DNA of 63,962 nucleotides, the filler included, from Diploschistes diacapsis (lineage: Eukaryota): the NCBI GenBank assembly GCA_023645945.1. It is 25 parts of 25 records of this genome, joined end to end, with 100 filler letters (N's around TTAATTAATTAA, not from the genome) between each part and the next. Parts side by side here need not be neighbours in the genome. Positions count along the whole stretch, not along the records: positions 1 to 18,555 come from JALAIB010000409.1; positions 18,656 to 19,721 come from JALAIB010004094.1; positions 19,822 to 20,887 come from JALAIB010004095.1; positions 20,988 to 22,053 come from JALAIB010004096.1; positions 22,154 to 23,218 come from JALAIB010004097.1; positions 23,319 to 24,383 come from JALAIB010004098.1; positions 24,484 to 25,548 come from JALAIB010004099.1; positions 25,649 to 44,187 come from JALAIB010000410.1; 17 more parts are not named here. One strand, 5' to 3'. The translations under genes and the position numbers were made by a program. Below, one piece after another: positions 15,501 to 26,360 of this stretch. Each line of letters opens with the position of its first letter. The first letter of the stretch is position 1. The notes under the pieces were generated by a model. That model did not search any database, was not told the DNA's origin, and saw nothing but the letters and a program-made list of their open reading frames with translations.

Positions 15501-16613
15501 TTGTCGACTTCTTGCGAGGTTTTGCCGGCTAGCCCAAAGCCGCTGAGATTTCCGCGAGCTTTTAGAGGCACCGAAGATGCTAGATGCGAAGGCAAGTTAG
15601 CAGTATCCATGAATTCGGACAAACAGTAATACATACCAGAAGAAGACGTTCCTAAAGCTGTCGTTATGTTAGCCTTCCCATTAGCTGTGGTGGGTATTGA
15701 GGAAGCGGACGCTTTAATCTGTTCCAGTAGCAGTGCGTCTGTACCCAGTTTGGAAGTTGCTTGAGCGGAGCTTGTCGCAGCCTTCTTGGCGATAGCCTTG
15801 GGGTCGAACTTGCCGGCATATGGCGCTGGCGAAACAGGCTCTGCAGGAGTAAGCGGCGACTGTGGTGAAGTAGCTCTAGCAGGTGACACGGCAGCCCTTT
15901 TGTCGATCTCATCCAACAAGCTACGAGTACCGGCAGCTGATTGGAGTTCCTGCTGTTTCCCCACCGCGGCTTTTTGCTGCTTCTGTTTCCAGGCTTCAAG
16001 CTTGGTCAGCCGCTCGGCTTTCTTTTTCTCTTCATCTGTTATACCCTGTGTACTTTTGGTGGCCTGTCTGTCGGGTCAAATTAAGTCTCGAAAGCATCAA
16101 AACATGACGCACCTCGTTCTTGTCAGGGGCTGCCCGAGTTGACCCACGATTCCTGCTATCCCTTCTTCTACCGCTTCGTTTTGAGTCAGCAGAATCATCT
16201 CGTCTCCGTCTCTCGCGATCACGCGAATGATCTCGCCTGTGGTGATGGTCTCTATCCCGGCTCCTGTCCCTTTGATCTCTCACGCCCCGCTCCCGCGATC
16301 TTCGCCTTTCTCGAGACGGTTCCCGGTAGGTTGATCTGTAATAATCGTCTCGTTTATCTCTCGATCGGTCTCGTACACGGTGGGAGTCTCTATCGCGATA
16401 ACGTCTCTGATGAGAAACATTAGACTGGGATTTAAAGGGGCCACTGTGTGTATGACATACGTCAGGACTTCGTGACCGACTACGACGCCGATAAGCCCTA
16501 ACATCATCTCTTCGCCGACTGTCGTAATGATCGTCATTTCGCTTGTTGCGTCTGGAGGAGGAGTATGAGCTGCCTACAGGCGATGGTGAGCGAACATCCC
16601 TGTGGCGAGCCAT
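12575..16613 (-). CDS. PRP5: Pre-mRNA-processing DEAD-box RNA helicase Prp5/DDX46 (introns 16407-16460, 16064-16112, 15580-15636, 12917-13129, 12814-12864)
   Basis: RS/RD-rich N-terminus, DPLDAFM motif, [31 protein letters not shown] and a C-terminal KH-like [22 protein letters not shown] region. Splice sites restore the frame. Confidence 0.96.
15089..15137. repeat. (TTC)n/(GAA)n microsatellite encoding poly-Glu in Prp5
   Basis: Visible TTC run encoding [16 protein letters not shown] just upstream of the DPLDAFM motif. Confidence 0.9.
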
Positions 16614-17073
16614 GGTCGCAGACCGGCTCAGTTAGTGGGTATTACAGGGAGATTGCGAGACCTGGATAGCCAGAGATTAGAGTCTATAGCAGGTGTACAA
16701 ATGATGTCGTATGCAGGTAGCGTCGATAGAGGCCTTCACCCAGAGATTATTTTAAGATGCCTCTAGTCATAATAGAAATGATACATATAAAAGCTTGGCA
16801 ACGGACAGCGAGACTCTCAGCCCTATATTGATGGAGCATGGGTGCGCCGTGAGTCCCGTGACCCGCGTTGAAACCACTAGCTAGCAGACCTCCTTTCAGC
16901 CTTACTGAGAACCTTAACTTACCAGCCACGCGATACCACAGAGCTGCTTCCTTTGGCATTGAGGACATCACACCAACCAGCTTTCAGATTTGTATAGGGG
17001 ACATTGACCAGCACGGTTGGCATTGCGTCTTGGTAACAAGCTTGAGGAGCTTACGCGCAAGCTTCTACAAGCA

Positions 17074-18298
17074 ATGCTAGCTTCCAAGGCCGGACGCGGT
17101 GCGCTCAGGTACCTATCGGCCTCAACATGTACGGTTACGCAGCACATCGATGCAATCGACTTTTCTTTTGCTTTCGTGTCAACGTTGAATAGCCGCCAAG
17201 AGCCTATCACATTACCTTTGAGAACTCATCCTAAAACTGGTACTCAATCAATTACCAGACGCTGTTACGCTACACGACCTGCCTCTCGCCCAAAAGCTCA
17301 TACTGGACGTGCAACCGCTTCGCGGACGAGCAAACCTTCCGGTGCAGCTAAGAAGGCCGAGCCGGCTAATAAGGCCAGCCCAGCCAAGAAGGCCATCCCA
17401 GCCAAGAAGACCAGCCCAGCCAAGAAGACCAGCCCAGGTAAACGAGCTTCGAAGTCCACAACCAAGACCAAGGCAAAAGCGAAGCCTAAAGTAAAGGCGA
17501 AGAAGCCGCGGCAACGATCTAAGAGGGCCCCTACCCCCAAGCAAAAGGAGGCAGCAGAAGCTAAGGCGAAGAGAACCACTGTGCGCGAGTTGAAAACAAC
17601 GGCACTCAAACCACCAAAGAGACTTCCCGACACCGTCTTCACCCTCATAACCACAGAAAAGGGCAAGGAGGCCAAGGGCTTGGCCGCCAAAGAAGCGTCG
17701 GTCAAGTACAGGCAACTAGTGCCCGAAGAGCGCGAGGTACAAAAGAAACGAACCCCGTAATTTCGATCTTTAGCACGCTAACGGTTCGCTAGCAATACAA
17801 CCACGTTGCCACTGAGAACAAGACCAAGAACAACGCTGTCTACAGATCCTGGGTCGAATCTCTCCCACCAGAAGATATTCGGAGGGCGAACCTTGCACGC
17901 AGACGCCTCAAGCGCATGGGCATCAAGGGCTACACCCACCAGATCCAAGACTCGCGCCAAGTCAAGCGTCCCACGATTGCAAGGCTGCTATTCTCCAAGG
18001 AACGCTTCGATTCTGGAGCTATGCGCGGCATAGGCATTGTCGAGGCTCAGAAGCTCATCAGCCGGGAATGGAGCGAGCTTTCGGAAGGCGAGAAGCAGGT
18101 AAGTGGTTCCAAGGCCGGTGACGATTTTTTTTGGCTCAGCTCTGATGTGTTCTCCAGAGATATTTTGCAACTGAGGTGGCGCAGCGCGAGCAGTACATCA
18201 AGGATGTTAAGACCATCTACCACAGGGATATTACCCCGAACGACAACACGCAAGCTGCGAAGGCCATCCATGCCGATCCTGATGCCTCGAGTCGTTGA
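17074..18298 (+). CDS. HMG-box protein, probably mitochondrial nucleoid protein (introns 17737-17792, 18099-18157)
   Basis: Arg/Ala/Leu-rich presequence-like start MLASKAGRGALRYL. Lys-rich PAKK repeats. Two HMG-like segments (PPKRLP..YRQLVPEERE-QYNH..YRSWVES; VKRP..ISREWSELSEGEKQ-RY). Canonical splice sites. Confidence 0.8.
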
Positions 18299-18555
18299 CG
18301 TTAGTGTATCAACAGGTTTTTCTTTGTTAGAGCTGGGAGTTGCGGGTGCGCCGACATACCGCGTCCTGTGATTGCTTTCCCAATCCCTTGTATTCGCTAA
18401 TGGAGAAATGTCCTCTCCATCACCCTTGATTTCCACGTCTGGGTCCTTGTAGGAATACTCATCTTTTATAAAGATATAAAATAGGAGAAAATACTGAACG
18501 AGGCTTATCAATGAAAAATTGTTGGAATGAATCTTATCCCTTCTGCCCTCTCAAC

Positions 18556-18655
18556 NNNNNNNNNNNNNNNNNNNNNNNNNNNNNNNNNNNNNNNNNNNNT
18601 TAATTAATTAANNNNNNNNNNNNNNNNNNNNNNNNNNNNNNNNNNNNNNNNNNNN
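18556..18655. other. Artificial contig linker N44-TTAATTAATTAA-N44 (24 copies, the last starting at 62802)
   Basis: Identical 100-nt spacer with stops in all six frames. Flanked contigs are about 1062-1066 bp or about 18.5 kb. Confidence 0.99.
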
Positions 18656-19218
18656 ACTTTTTTTATTTTATATGGGATTACTTTAAACTATTTTTATTAA
18701 ATAGAATCAACAACTCTATTAATCGCTCGGTATTAGTTTATTAAAACTAAAAATTAGTAAAATAAAACTTTTATTAATCGGTTTAGAACTTCGAAGTATA
18801 TTACATCATACTAAAAGTATAATTAGATATTAAGTTACCGGACATAACAAAGATATTAATATTTGTAATTAAATTTCGTTTAAAACTTTAATATAAATTC
18901 ATAAAAATCTTTATAATTCTAATAACTTCGATGTATTAGTACTACTTGCGATCTGTTTAAAAAATATAAAAAAAAAAGCGAAATAATTTTCAACTCGTTA
19001 TAAGAATGATTTTTTTAATAGAAATCGAAGGAATACGCGACGCTTAAGATCAAAAAAACTTTCTTATTATTTACGAGAAAGAAGTTATCGCGATCGAAAT
19101 ATAAGTTCCGAACAAGATTTTAGCACGTATAATGACCTCGCAGGTATATTCTGTTATACATGCCATAAGAAGGGATATTACGCGAATGAATGCTTCTAAG
19201 GTAATAATCCAAATATTA
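18656..19218 (+). mobile_element. RIP-degraded retroelement gag fragment
   Basis: 19152-19193 encodes CYTCHKKGYYANEC, a CX2CX4HX4C zinc knuckle with a CAT>TAT change. Confidence 0.6.
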
Positions 19219-19721
19219 TGTTTGGCAACGTAATGGATATATTGAAGTCTAGAGGTCTTATCCTATGAAGATATTCTACTGTGCAGACTTTTATACTTTA
19301 CGGGATCCGTTAAATCTTATTATTAACATTATTCCCGATCGGTCTAGTCAGAGTTCTAAAAGGTTCAGCTAAATTGAACCCTCGACTAAAACTTAATCGA
19401 ACTTCCAGCCATATTTTCTATTTATCTACTTAATACTTCCTTACAGGCGGAATCGTTTAATATATCTATATAATTGAACTGAATATCTTTTAAATTAGAC
19501 CGAGTTCTTTAATAAAAACGTCGTGTTTCGAGTAGTTTAATAGTTTCGTAAACCCGTTAACAACTATTTATCGGTAAAAACATAAAATACCTTAATACGT
19601 CCTTATTTAACAAGATCTCGTATGTAATAATAAATAATATTAACGTGTTTCGAACGATCGTTAATCCTCGCGTGTTTTATTAGATCCAAAGAACCAATAT
19701 TATTACCAAATAGATTAATAA
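19219..19721 (-). mobile_element. Copia 3' end: RNase H remnant, PPT and 3' LTR (LTR family A)
   Basis: Reverse-complement homologue of 53800-54241. The LTR ends ..TTACGTTGCCAAACA at 19219. Confidence 0.85.
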
Positions 19722-20109
19722 NNNNNNNNNNNNNNNNNNNNNNNNNNNNNNNNNNNNNNNNNNNNTTAATTAATTAANNNNNNNNNNNNNNNNNNNNNNN
19801 NNNNNNNNNNNNNNNNNNNNNACACGTTAGTTAACGGTATTAACGTTTAGATCGAAAAAATCGACTTAAAGAACGTGGATTATAATAAATAATTGAATAA
19901 ACTATCCGATAAGTAGACGGACTTGAAGATTAAGGTTGTTATATATTTTAATAATAGGCGCTACGATAGCAATAAACGCTTTAACGATAAGCGAAATACT
20001 AATTAACGACGCGTTAATAATAAGTTTATGACGAACCGTTAAAACAGGACACGCTTATTTGAACTTAAATTAGACAATTGTTTTTTTTATAGAGACGATT
20101 ATCGCGTAT

Positions 20110-20470
20110 TGATGAGACAGCCCAGCCCAGGGGCCTGCCAAGCCACAGCAGGGTTAATGCCCAGGTGCTTGCCAAGCCACGGCAGCGTTAATGCCCAGGT
20201 GCTTGCCAAGACACGGCAGGGTCAGGGGGTGGCTGTATAGATGGGTAGTCCCCGAACCCCGGTAGGGCTGGCATTTATATTATTTAACGGTGCCTTCCTT
20301 CCACCTAGATAGTTTCTTTTTTAGCTTTTCGAATCGAGACCTTTTATTTATAGATACCTAGTTATATCTAATCCTTCCGGATCAAGTTCAGCTCCCGGTA
20401 AAATAATATCCTTTTTTCCGCTAGCGTTTTATATTCGAAAAGTTTACTTTACTTTCGCACTCGTGACGAG
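20110..20470 (+). mobile_element. LTR-like repeat (family E) with internal 34-bp tandem repeat; related copies about 50890-51090 (+) and 46618-46793 (-)
   Basis: Shared GGTAGGGCTGG..CTAGATAGTT..TTTTCGAATC..AATCCTTCCGGATCA blocks in three contigs. Ends are approximate. Confidence 0.6.
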
Positions 20471-21331
20471 AGTTTAAAACGTTAATCGAATTAAGTATTC
20501 GAGTGAATCTATAATAACCGGAACTCGAAAGTATTACCCGCCGATTTATTATAAATAATGACCCTCGCTGGTAGAAAGGATCAAAAAAGAAGAAAAAAAT
20601 TTATAATACTTCCGACTTTTAAAGAATTAACCGAGATCTTAACGATTAAAAAATACGATTCAGAAAACGAATCGATAATTAAAAAATAATTTATAAAATA
20701 TTTCGCGTTACGGTAATTATTTATATTAAAGACTTTCGAAGGATTTAATATTAACGAAAAATTAATACGAAAAAGATCTTAAAAGGACTTTCGCGATGAA
20801 CTTAAGCGACGAATATTTTCGTTTAAAGACCCGATAAAAGAATAAGTTAATTAAAATAACGTTACCGAGAACATGATAGATTTATAGNNNNNNNNNNNNN
20901 NNNNNNNNNNNNNNNNNNNNNNNNNNNNNNNTTAATTAATTAANNNNNNNNNNNNNNNNNNNNNNNNNNNNNNNNNNNNNNNNNNNNGTATTTATTAGTA
21001 TAAGTACGCCCCGTACGGCGAAAAATATATTTTACGAGACTCTATAAATTTAAAATTATTAAATTTTAAAGTAATACTTTTATTTATTTATATGAGTTAG
21101 TTGATATGTAGAATAAAGCTATTTCTAAATTAACGTATAAAATGATAATTCTTGAAATCGAGATTAAGATACTTCGTACGGCAAATAAGGTATTTAATAA
21201 ACGAAAAGGGGTTGAAAAAACGCGCGTACGAATTAAAGGATTATTTAACGTATTAAAAATAATCGTATTATAGTCTTTAAAAATCGAAATTGGTATAAAA
21301 AAGATTAATATATCTAAAAATAAGGGTCGTA

Positions 21332-21947
21332 CATCACGAAAAGTTTTTGGCGGCGAAATACCGCGAAAATCCGCGAAGTTGACGAAATTGGCGAAACTGG
21401 CGAGGTGGGCGACAGATAATGCGTTCAAGCGACTCGCCAACTTTCGCCAAAAGGTTTGGCGAAACACGGCGAAACTGGCGAAACCGGCGAAACCGGCGAA
21501 ACTGGCGAAACTGGAGAAACTGGCAAAAACCGGCGAAGATTGCGAGGCCAATCATTTCTTTATTAATATATTACGTAAGCGTGGATATTCGTAGCGTGAG
21601 AACTTTAGCGAGTGCTAAGCGCTAGTTATCCGGCGCTAAATTAGCGGATTTTTTAATATTTATGTCGAAAATATTTTTTTTTAAAAGATTAAAAAAATGC
21701 GTTTTTATTTTATGATTATGTAATAAAAATGATTGGCCTCGCCATCTTCGCCGGTTTCGCCAGTTTCGCCAGTTTCGCCAGTTTCGCCAGTTTCGCCAGT
21801 TTCGCCAGCTTTTGCCAGTTTCGCCGGTTTCGCCGGTTTCGCCACGTTTCGCTAAACGTTTTGGCGAAAGCTGGCGAAATGGGCGAAACCCGCGAAATAG
21901 GCACTTTCGCCAGAAGTTTTTTTTTGCTTGAAAAACATTTCGTGATG
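21332..21947. mobile_element. Foldback-type non-autonomous element (family C), complete copy; partial copies 45954-46238, 57830-58087, 62902-63022
   Basis: Termini CATCACGAAAAGTTTTT / AAAAACATTTCGTGATG. Inverted arms of (GGCGAAACY)n 9-mers ending in GCGAGGCCAATCAT flank an AT-rich spacer. Confidence 0.85.
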
Positions 21948-22053
21948 AAGCGGCCGTTCGCGCATTTAAAATTTCTCGATCGACCGTTATAGATCGATTT
22001 AATAAAATATAATTTAATTTTAATAATCACGAATCGGCTTAAATCTTTTTTAA
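21948..22053 (+). mobile_element. Fot1/pogo transposase N-terminal fragment (RIP-degraded)
   Basis: Encodes AAVRAFKISRSTVIDRF, homologous to the HTH region at 62280-62390. Confidence 0.65.
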
Positions 22054-22778
22054 NNNNNNNNNNNNNNNNNNNNNNNNNNNNNNNNNNNNNNNNNNNNTTA
22101 ATTAATTAANNNNNNNNNNNNNNNNNNNNNNNNNNNNNNNNNNNNNNNNNNNNAATAATAATAGTTATAATATTCATGAACTAATTTCTAGAGAAAAAAA
22201 AGGAAATCCTTTTATAAAGATTCCTCTTATATAGACCTGCGGCCTTGGCGCGGCGCTAGGGCTGAGTTCCTCCGCTCGCCCGGAGGACTGTCACAGCTAT
22301 CTGTTACATTTTACGCTTTTATTTTTTTGAAAAAATTATATTACGGTATTTCGGTAATACTATTATAAATTATAATGTCCGTGTTAATATCCGTATTTTA
22401 AAAAATTTTATTGCGGTGTCCGTGTCCGTGTTAATGTCCGTGTTTTAAAAAATTTTGCTGCGGTGTCCGTGTCCGTACTTTTATCGTAATATAATGTCCG
22501 TGTTAGTATCCGTGCCGAGAAAATTTTTGCTGCGGTGTCCGTGTCAGTGTCCGTGGCACGAAACGGCCAGTTTAAAAGAAATCGTTATCTTAAAGGTTTA
22601 TTTCGCTTTTAAGACGTATCACATTAAGAGACACGATTATTCTAGTCATACGATCACGTGCTTAGTAAACTATTACCGCGATAAATATTATATGATCCTA
22701 ACTTATCACGACTAAAAACTATAAGCCGGTATAATCCGAAAACTTATTTATCCGACGAAAATTTAATATATTTAAAAT

Positions 22779-23052
22779 TAGGCTGGCCGTCACTGACACT
22801 GACACGGTTGTGTCCGTGACACGGATACTGACTGTATCAATGTTAGTGTTTTATATTTTTTAGCTACGGTGTCCGTGTCCGTGGATTTACGGAAATGCAG
22901 TGTCCGTATTAGTGTCAGTGTTTTAAATTTTTTAATTATAGTGTCCATGTCCGTGCTTTTATTATAATGCAGTGTTCGTGTTAGTGTTCGTATTAAGAAA
23001 ATTCTTACTATAATGTCCGTGTTAATAATCGTGGCACGAAACGGCCAGCCTA
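22779..23052 (+). mobile_element. hAT-type MITE family B, short copy (adjacent partial copies about 22310-22572 and 23100-23218)
   Basis: TIRs TAGGCTGGCCGT..ACGGCCAGCCTA and internal GTGTCCGTG repeats. Confidence 0.85.
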
Positions 23053-23505
23053 TTTTTAAATAAATTTTTTTTTAATAATCCTAGAATTATCACGCTTATT
23101 TTTCACGTTTTTATTTTTAAAAAAAAAATTATACTGCGGTGTTTCCGTGAATTTATTATAATTATAGTGTCCGTGTCAGTATTAGTGTTTTAAATTTTTT
23201 AATTGCGGTGTTCGTGTCNNNNNNNNNNNNNNNNNNNNNNNNNNNNNNNNNNNNNNNNNNNNTTAATTAATTAANNNNNNNNNNNNNNNNNNNNNNNNNN
23301 NNNNNNNNNNNNNNNNNNCTTTTTGGACTGTCGGGACAAAGAATTATATAAAATAAAACTTGCGAAATAATCGTTAACGAGATTACGACGCTTAAAACAG
23401 CGTTATTATATTATAAAATATAACGTCTTTGTTAAAAATAATCGATCTTAATCGAAAAGATATTTAAATAAATTAATATATTAAATAATTTCGTTTATAG
23501 AAAAA

Positions 23506-23784
23506 TATTAAACAAATAAACGGACGGTATGATTATAAGTTCGGCTTATTTTAAGAAATTTATTAAGAAAACCCGGGAAGTTTAATTGAATGAATTTATC
23601 GAGGTTTAATTTAGTTTAATTTAGTTGAACCTTATGGAATCCGATGAAATCTTAACTAGACCGATCAGATATAATATGGGCAGTAGAGCTTAACGAGTCC
23701 CGTGGGGTATAAAAGTTTATACCGTAGGATTATTTCCTAGGACAAGACCTCTAGACTTCAATATATCCATTACGTTGCCAAACA
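23506..23784 (+). mobile_element. Solo LTR, family A long variant (5' part also at 58254-58375 minus; 3' part at 46413-46517 minus)
   Basis: Ends ..GACCTCTAGACTTCAATATATCCATTACGTTGCCAAACA. The start is a RIP-altered TGTTGAGC. Confidence 0.75.
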
Positions 23785-23958
23785 AAAACTTAACTCGTTT
23801 ATATAATAGATATATTCGGGCACGTATTACTTCTTATTATATTACATTATTATTATATCGAACCACCGTTGTATAACCTCGTAACTTATCGTATTAAATT
23901 TATTCAACTCGATTTATCTCGTCCAAATATTAATAATTTCAAGAAATCGTTTGCGAAA

Positions 23959-24383
23959 TGTTACGATCCAGGTAGTAGACCTGTCACGTCCCAGCCACTC
24001 ACTTAGGAACTCACTGACGTTCGTGTCACGTGAGCTGTCAGAGCGAGCGGCGCCGCTCTATGTGCTTTATAGGAACCATAGGCAGCGCTACCTTTATTTT
24101 ATAGGAACCACCGAAGGTGTTCCTTCTGTTCCGTTGAAACAAGAGGAATTAACATTAATGTTCCATTAAAGATTTTATTATATAATTTTTGTATTAGGAT
24201 TATTTATATCCTACGTGTTTATTTTTATAGATATCTTTAACGATTATTCGAGATTAATTTATATTCGTTATTTTTATTATTAAAAAGTAATCTTTTTAAA
24301 AATTAATATAAACCTATAATCGATCTATTTCTTTTTTTTTATACTTTTCTTCTATGAGAAACCAAACTTATCTTAATTAATAC
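23959..24383 (+). mobile_element. LTR family D variant
   Basis: Starts TGTTACGATCCA. The 3' half matches 47530-47682 and the reverse complement of 59840-59998. Confidence 0.75.
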
Positions 24384-24483
24384 NNNNNNNNNNNNNNNNN
24401 NNNNNNNNNNNNNNNNNNNNNNNNNNNTTAATTAATTAANNNNNNNNNNNNNNNNNNNNNNNNNNNNNNNNNNNNNNNNNNNN

Positions 24484-24787
24484 CTATTTTTATTAAATGG
24501 ATCGATGATACCGGCGTTTTATTATATATAATTAACCAGTTATATCTGCTTAGAAACCTGACTTCTATTTAAAGACGACGAATCAAAATCGGGGAAGAAA
24601 TGCTCTATTCAGATTATGCTAGGAAAGTTAGGTTAAAACAAAGTAATGACGTTCTATATTTAAAATATATGATGTATGTACCTGGATTAAAAGCAAACCT
24701 CATATCGGGGCAAAAGTTATGCAAGATAGGATTACGGGAAAGTTTTAATTAAAAGAGCTTGTATCTATACGACGAGGACGGTCGGAT
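24484..24787 (+). mobile_element. Copia aspartic-protease region (RIP-degraded)
   Basis: Encodes KWIDDTG..MYVPGLKANLISGQKLCKIG. A second copy lies at 44545-44850 (minus). Confidence 0.8.
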
Positions 24788-25401
24788 TAGGCTGGCCGTC
24801 ACGGACACTGACACGGACGTTGCAGTGTCCGTGTTTTGAAATTTTTAGCCGTAATATCCGTGTCCGTGTTTTTACTACAATAATATCCGTGAAAATATCC
24901 GTGTTTTACAATTTTTAATCGTAGTGTCCGTGTCCGTATTTTTATTATAATGTAATATCCGTAAAAGTATCCGTATTTTAAAATTTTTAATTATAATATC
25001 CGTATTAATAGATTTATTATCGTATCCGTGTATTTATCGAAACACTTTTAAATAATATTTATTTTTTAATAATTTTAGAATTATTACGTTTATTTTTTAC
25101 GTTTTTATTTTTTCACCGCGGTATTTCGATAAATTCACGGTAATATTTCGGTGAATTTATTATAATATAATGTCCGTGATAGTGTCGTGTTTTAAATTTT
25201 TTGGCGGTAATGTTCGTGAAAGTGTCCGTGTTTTAAAATTTTTAGTCGTAGTATCCGTGTCCGTGCTTTTATTATAGTATAGTGTCCGTGGAAGTATTCG
25301 TGTTTTAAAATTTTAACGGTAGTGTCCGTGGTAGTGTCGTGTTTTAAAAATTTTCTCGGTAGTGTCCGTGGAAGTGTCCGTGGCACGAAACGGCCAGCCT
25401 A
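24788..25401 (+). mobile_element. hAT-type MITE family B, full length
   Basis: Both 12-bp TIRs are present, with RIP-eroded GTGTCCGTG arrays inside. Confidence 0.88.
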
Positions 25402-25648
25402 ATTTAAAAACTATAGAAAAAGCGATAACGTAATATTTATCCGAAAGTTACCGAGACGTCTAACCAACGATCTAATATTTAGTATTAAAGGTGTCAACGA
25501 CGGGTCAATTATCTACGTTAACGACGAATTAATTATCCACGTTAACGANNNNNNNNNNNNNNNNNNNNNNNNNNNNNNNNNNNNNNNNNNNNTTAATTAA
25601 TTAANNNNNNNNNNNNNNNNNNNNNNNNNNNNNNNNNNNNNNNNNNNN

Positions 25649-26360
25649 ACACAACCCGCCTCCCACTCGCCTCCACCTCCCGCACCACCCTCCTGACCAG
25701 CTCCCCGCCCGGACTCACGCTCGGCCGCGCCTCAACCCACACCTCGCCGCACACCCCCGGCGGCAGCCGCGCCAGCACCTGCGCGAGGATGCTGCCGGCG
25801 AAGTGGGTGTAGAAGCTCCTGCTCTTGCGGAAGCCCTTGTACATGGGCGCGCTGGGGTCGCACTCGACGAAGACCTTGAGCGCGCGCAGCCGGGCGCAGT
25901 CCTCGAGCCCCAGGAGCCGGTCGACCTTCCAGCATGCCGGGGGCTGGGTCCAGAAGGGGCCGAGGCGGAGCTCGAGGGAGGCGATTTCGGCGCGCAGGCG
26001 CGGGGGGAGCAGCCGCAGGAGGGGTCGGCCGGCCTTGCGGGACGCGGCGAGGGGGCAGGTCGGGAGGAGGCGGAGGGTGTTGCTGGTCAGGAAGGTGCTT
26101 GCCGCTTCGGCGGAGAGCTGGTGCGAGGTCAGGAGGAGCGCGAGCAGCGTGGGGGTCGCGGTGTCGATGTCGACGGCCGGGTGCGGGTGCGGGGTGCTGG
26201 TCAGGAGCTGGGAGAGGATGTGGTGGCGGAGTTCGTAGGGGAGGGAGAGGAAAGGGAAGAAGGGTTGGCCGGTGGTGGTCGTGGAGGAGGGGAGGGAGGT
26301 TAGGGAGGAGGCTGAAGTTGTTGAGGTGGAAGAGGGGATGCGCGAGAGCGCGGTGGACAT
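25649..26360 (-). CDS. Conserved fungal hypothetical protein with F-box-like N-terminal motif (3' end cut by contig end)
   Basis: GC-rich open frame with FPFLSLPYELRHHILSQLL, ELRLGPFWT..W and LKVFVECDPS. Confidence 0.75.

Noticed and set aside
21084..22030. ORFs with FAS/AKL tripeptide repeats (also near 45837, 57801-58098 and 62854)
   Set aside because: They are by-products of stop-free 9-bp DNA repeats in the foldback element, open on both strands.
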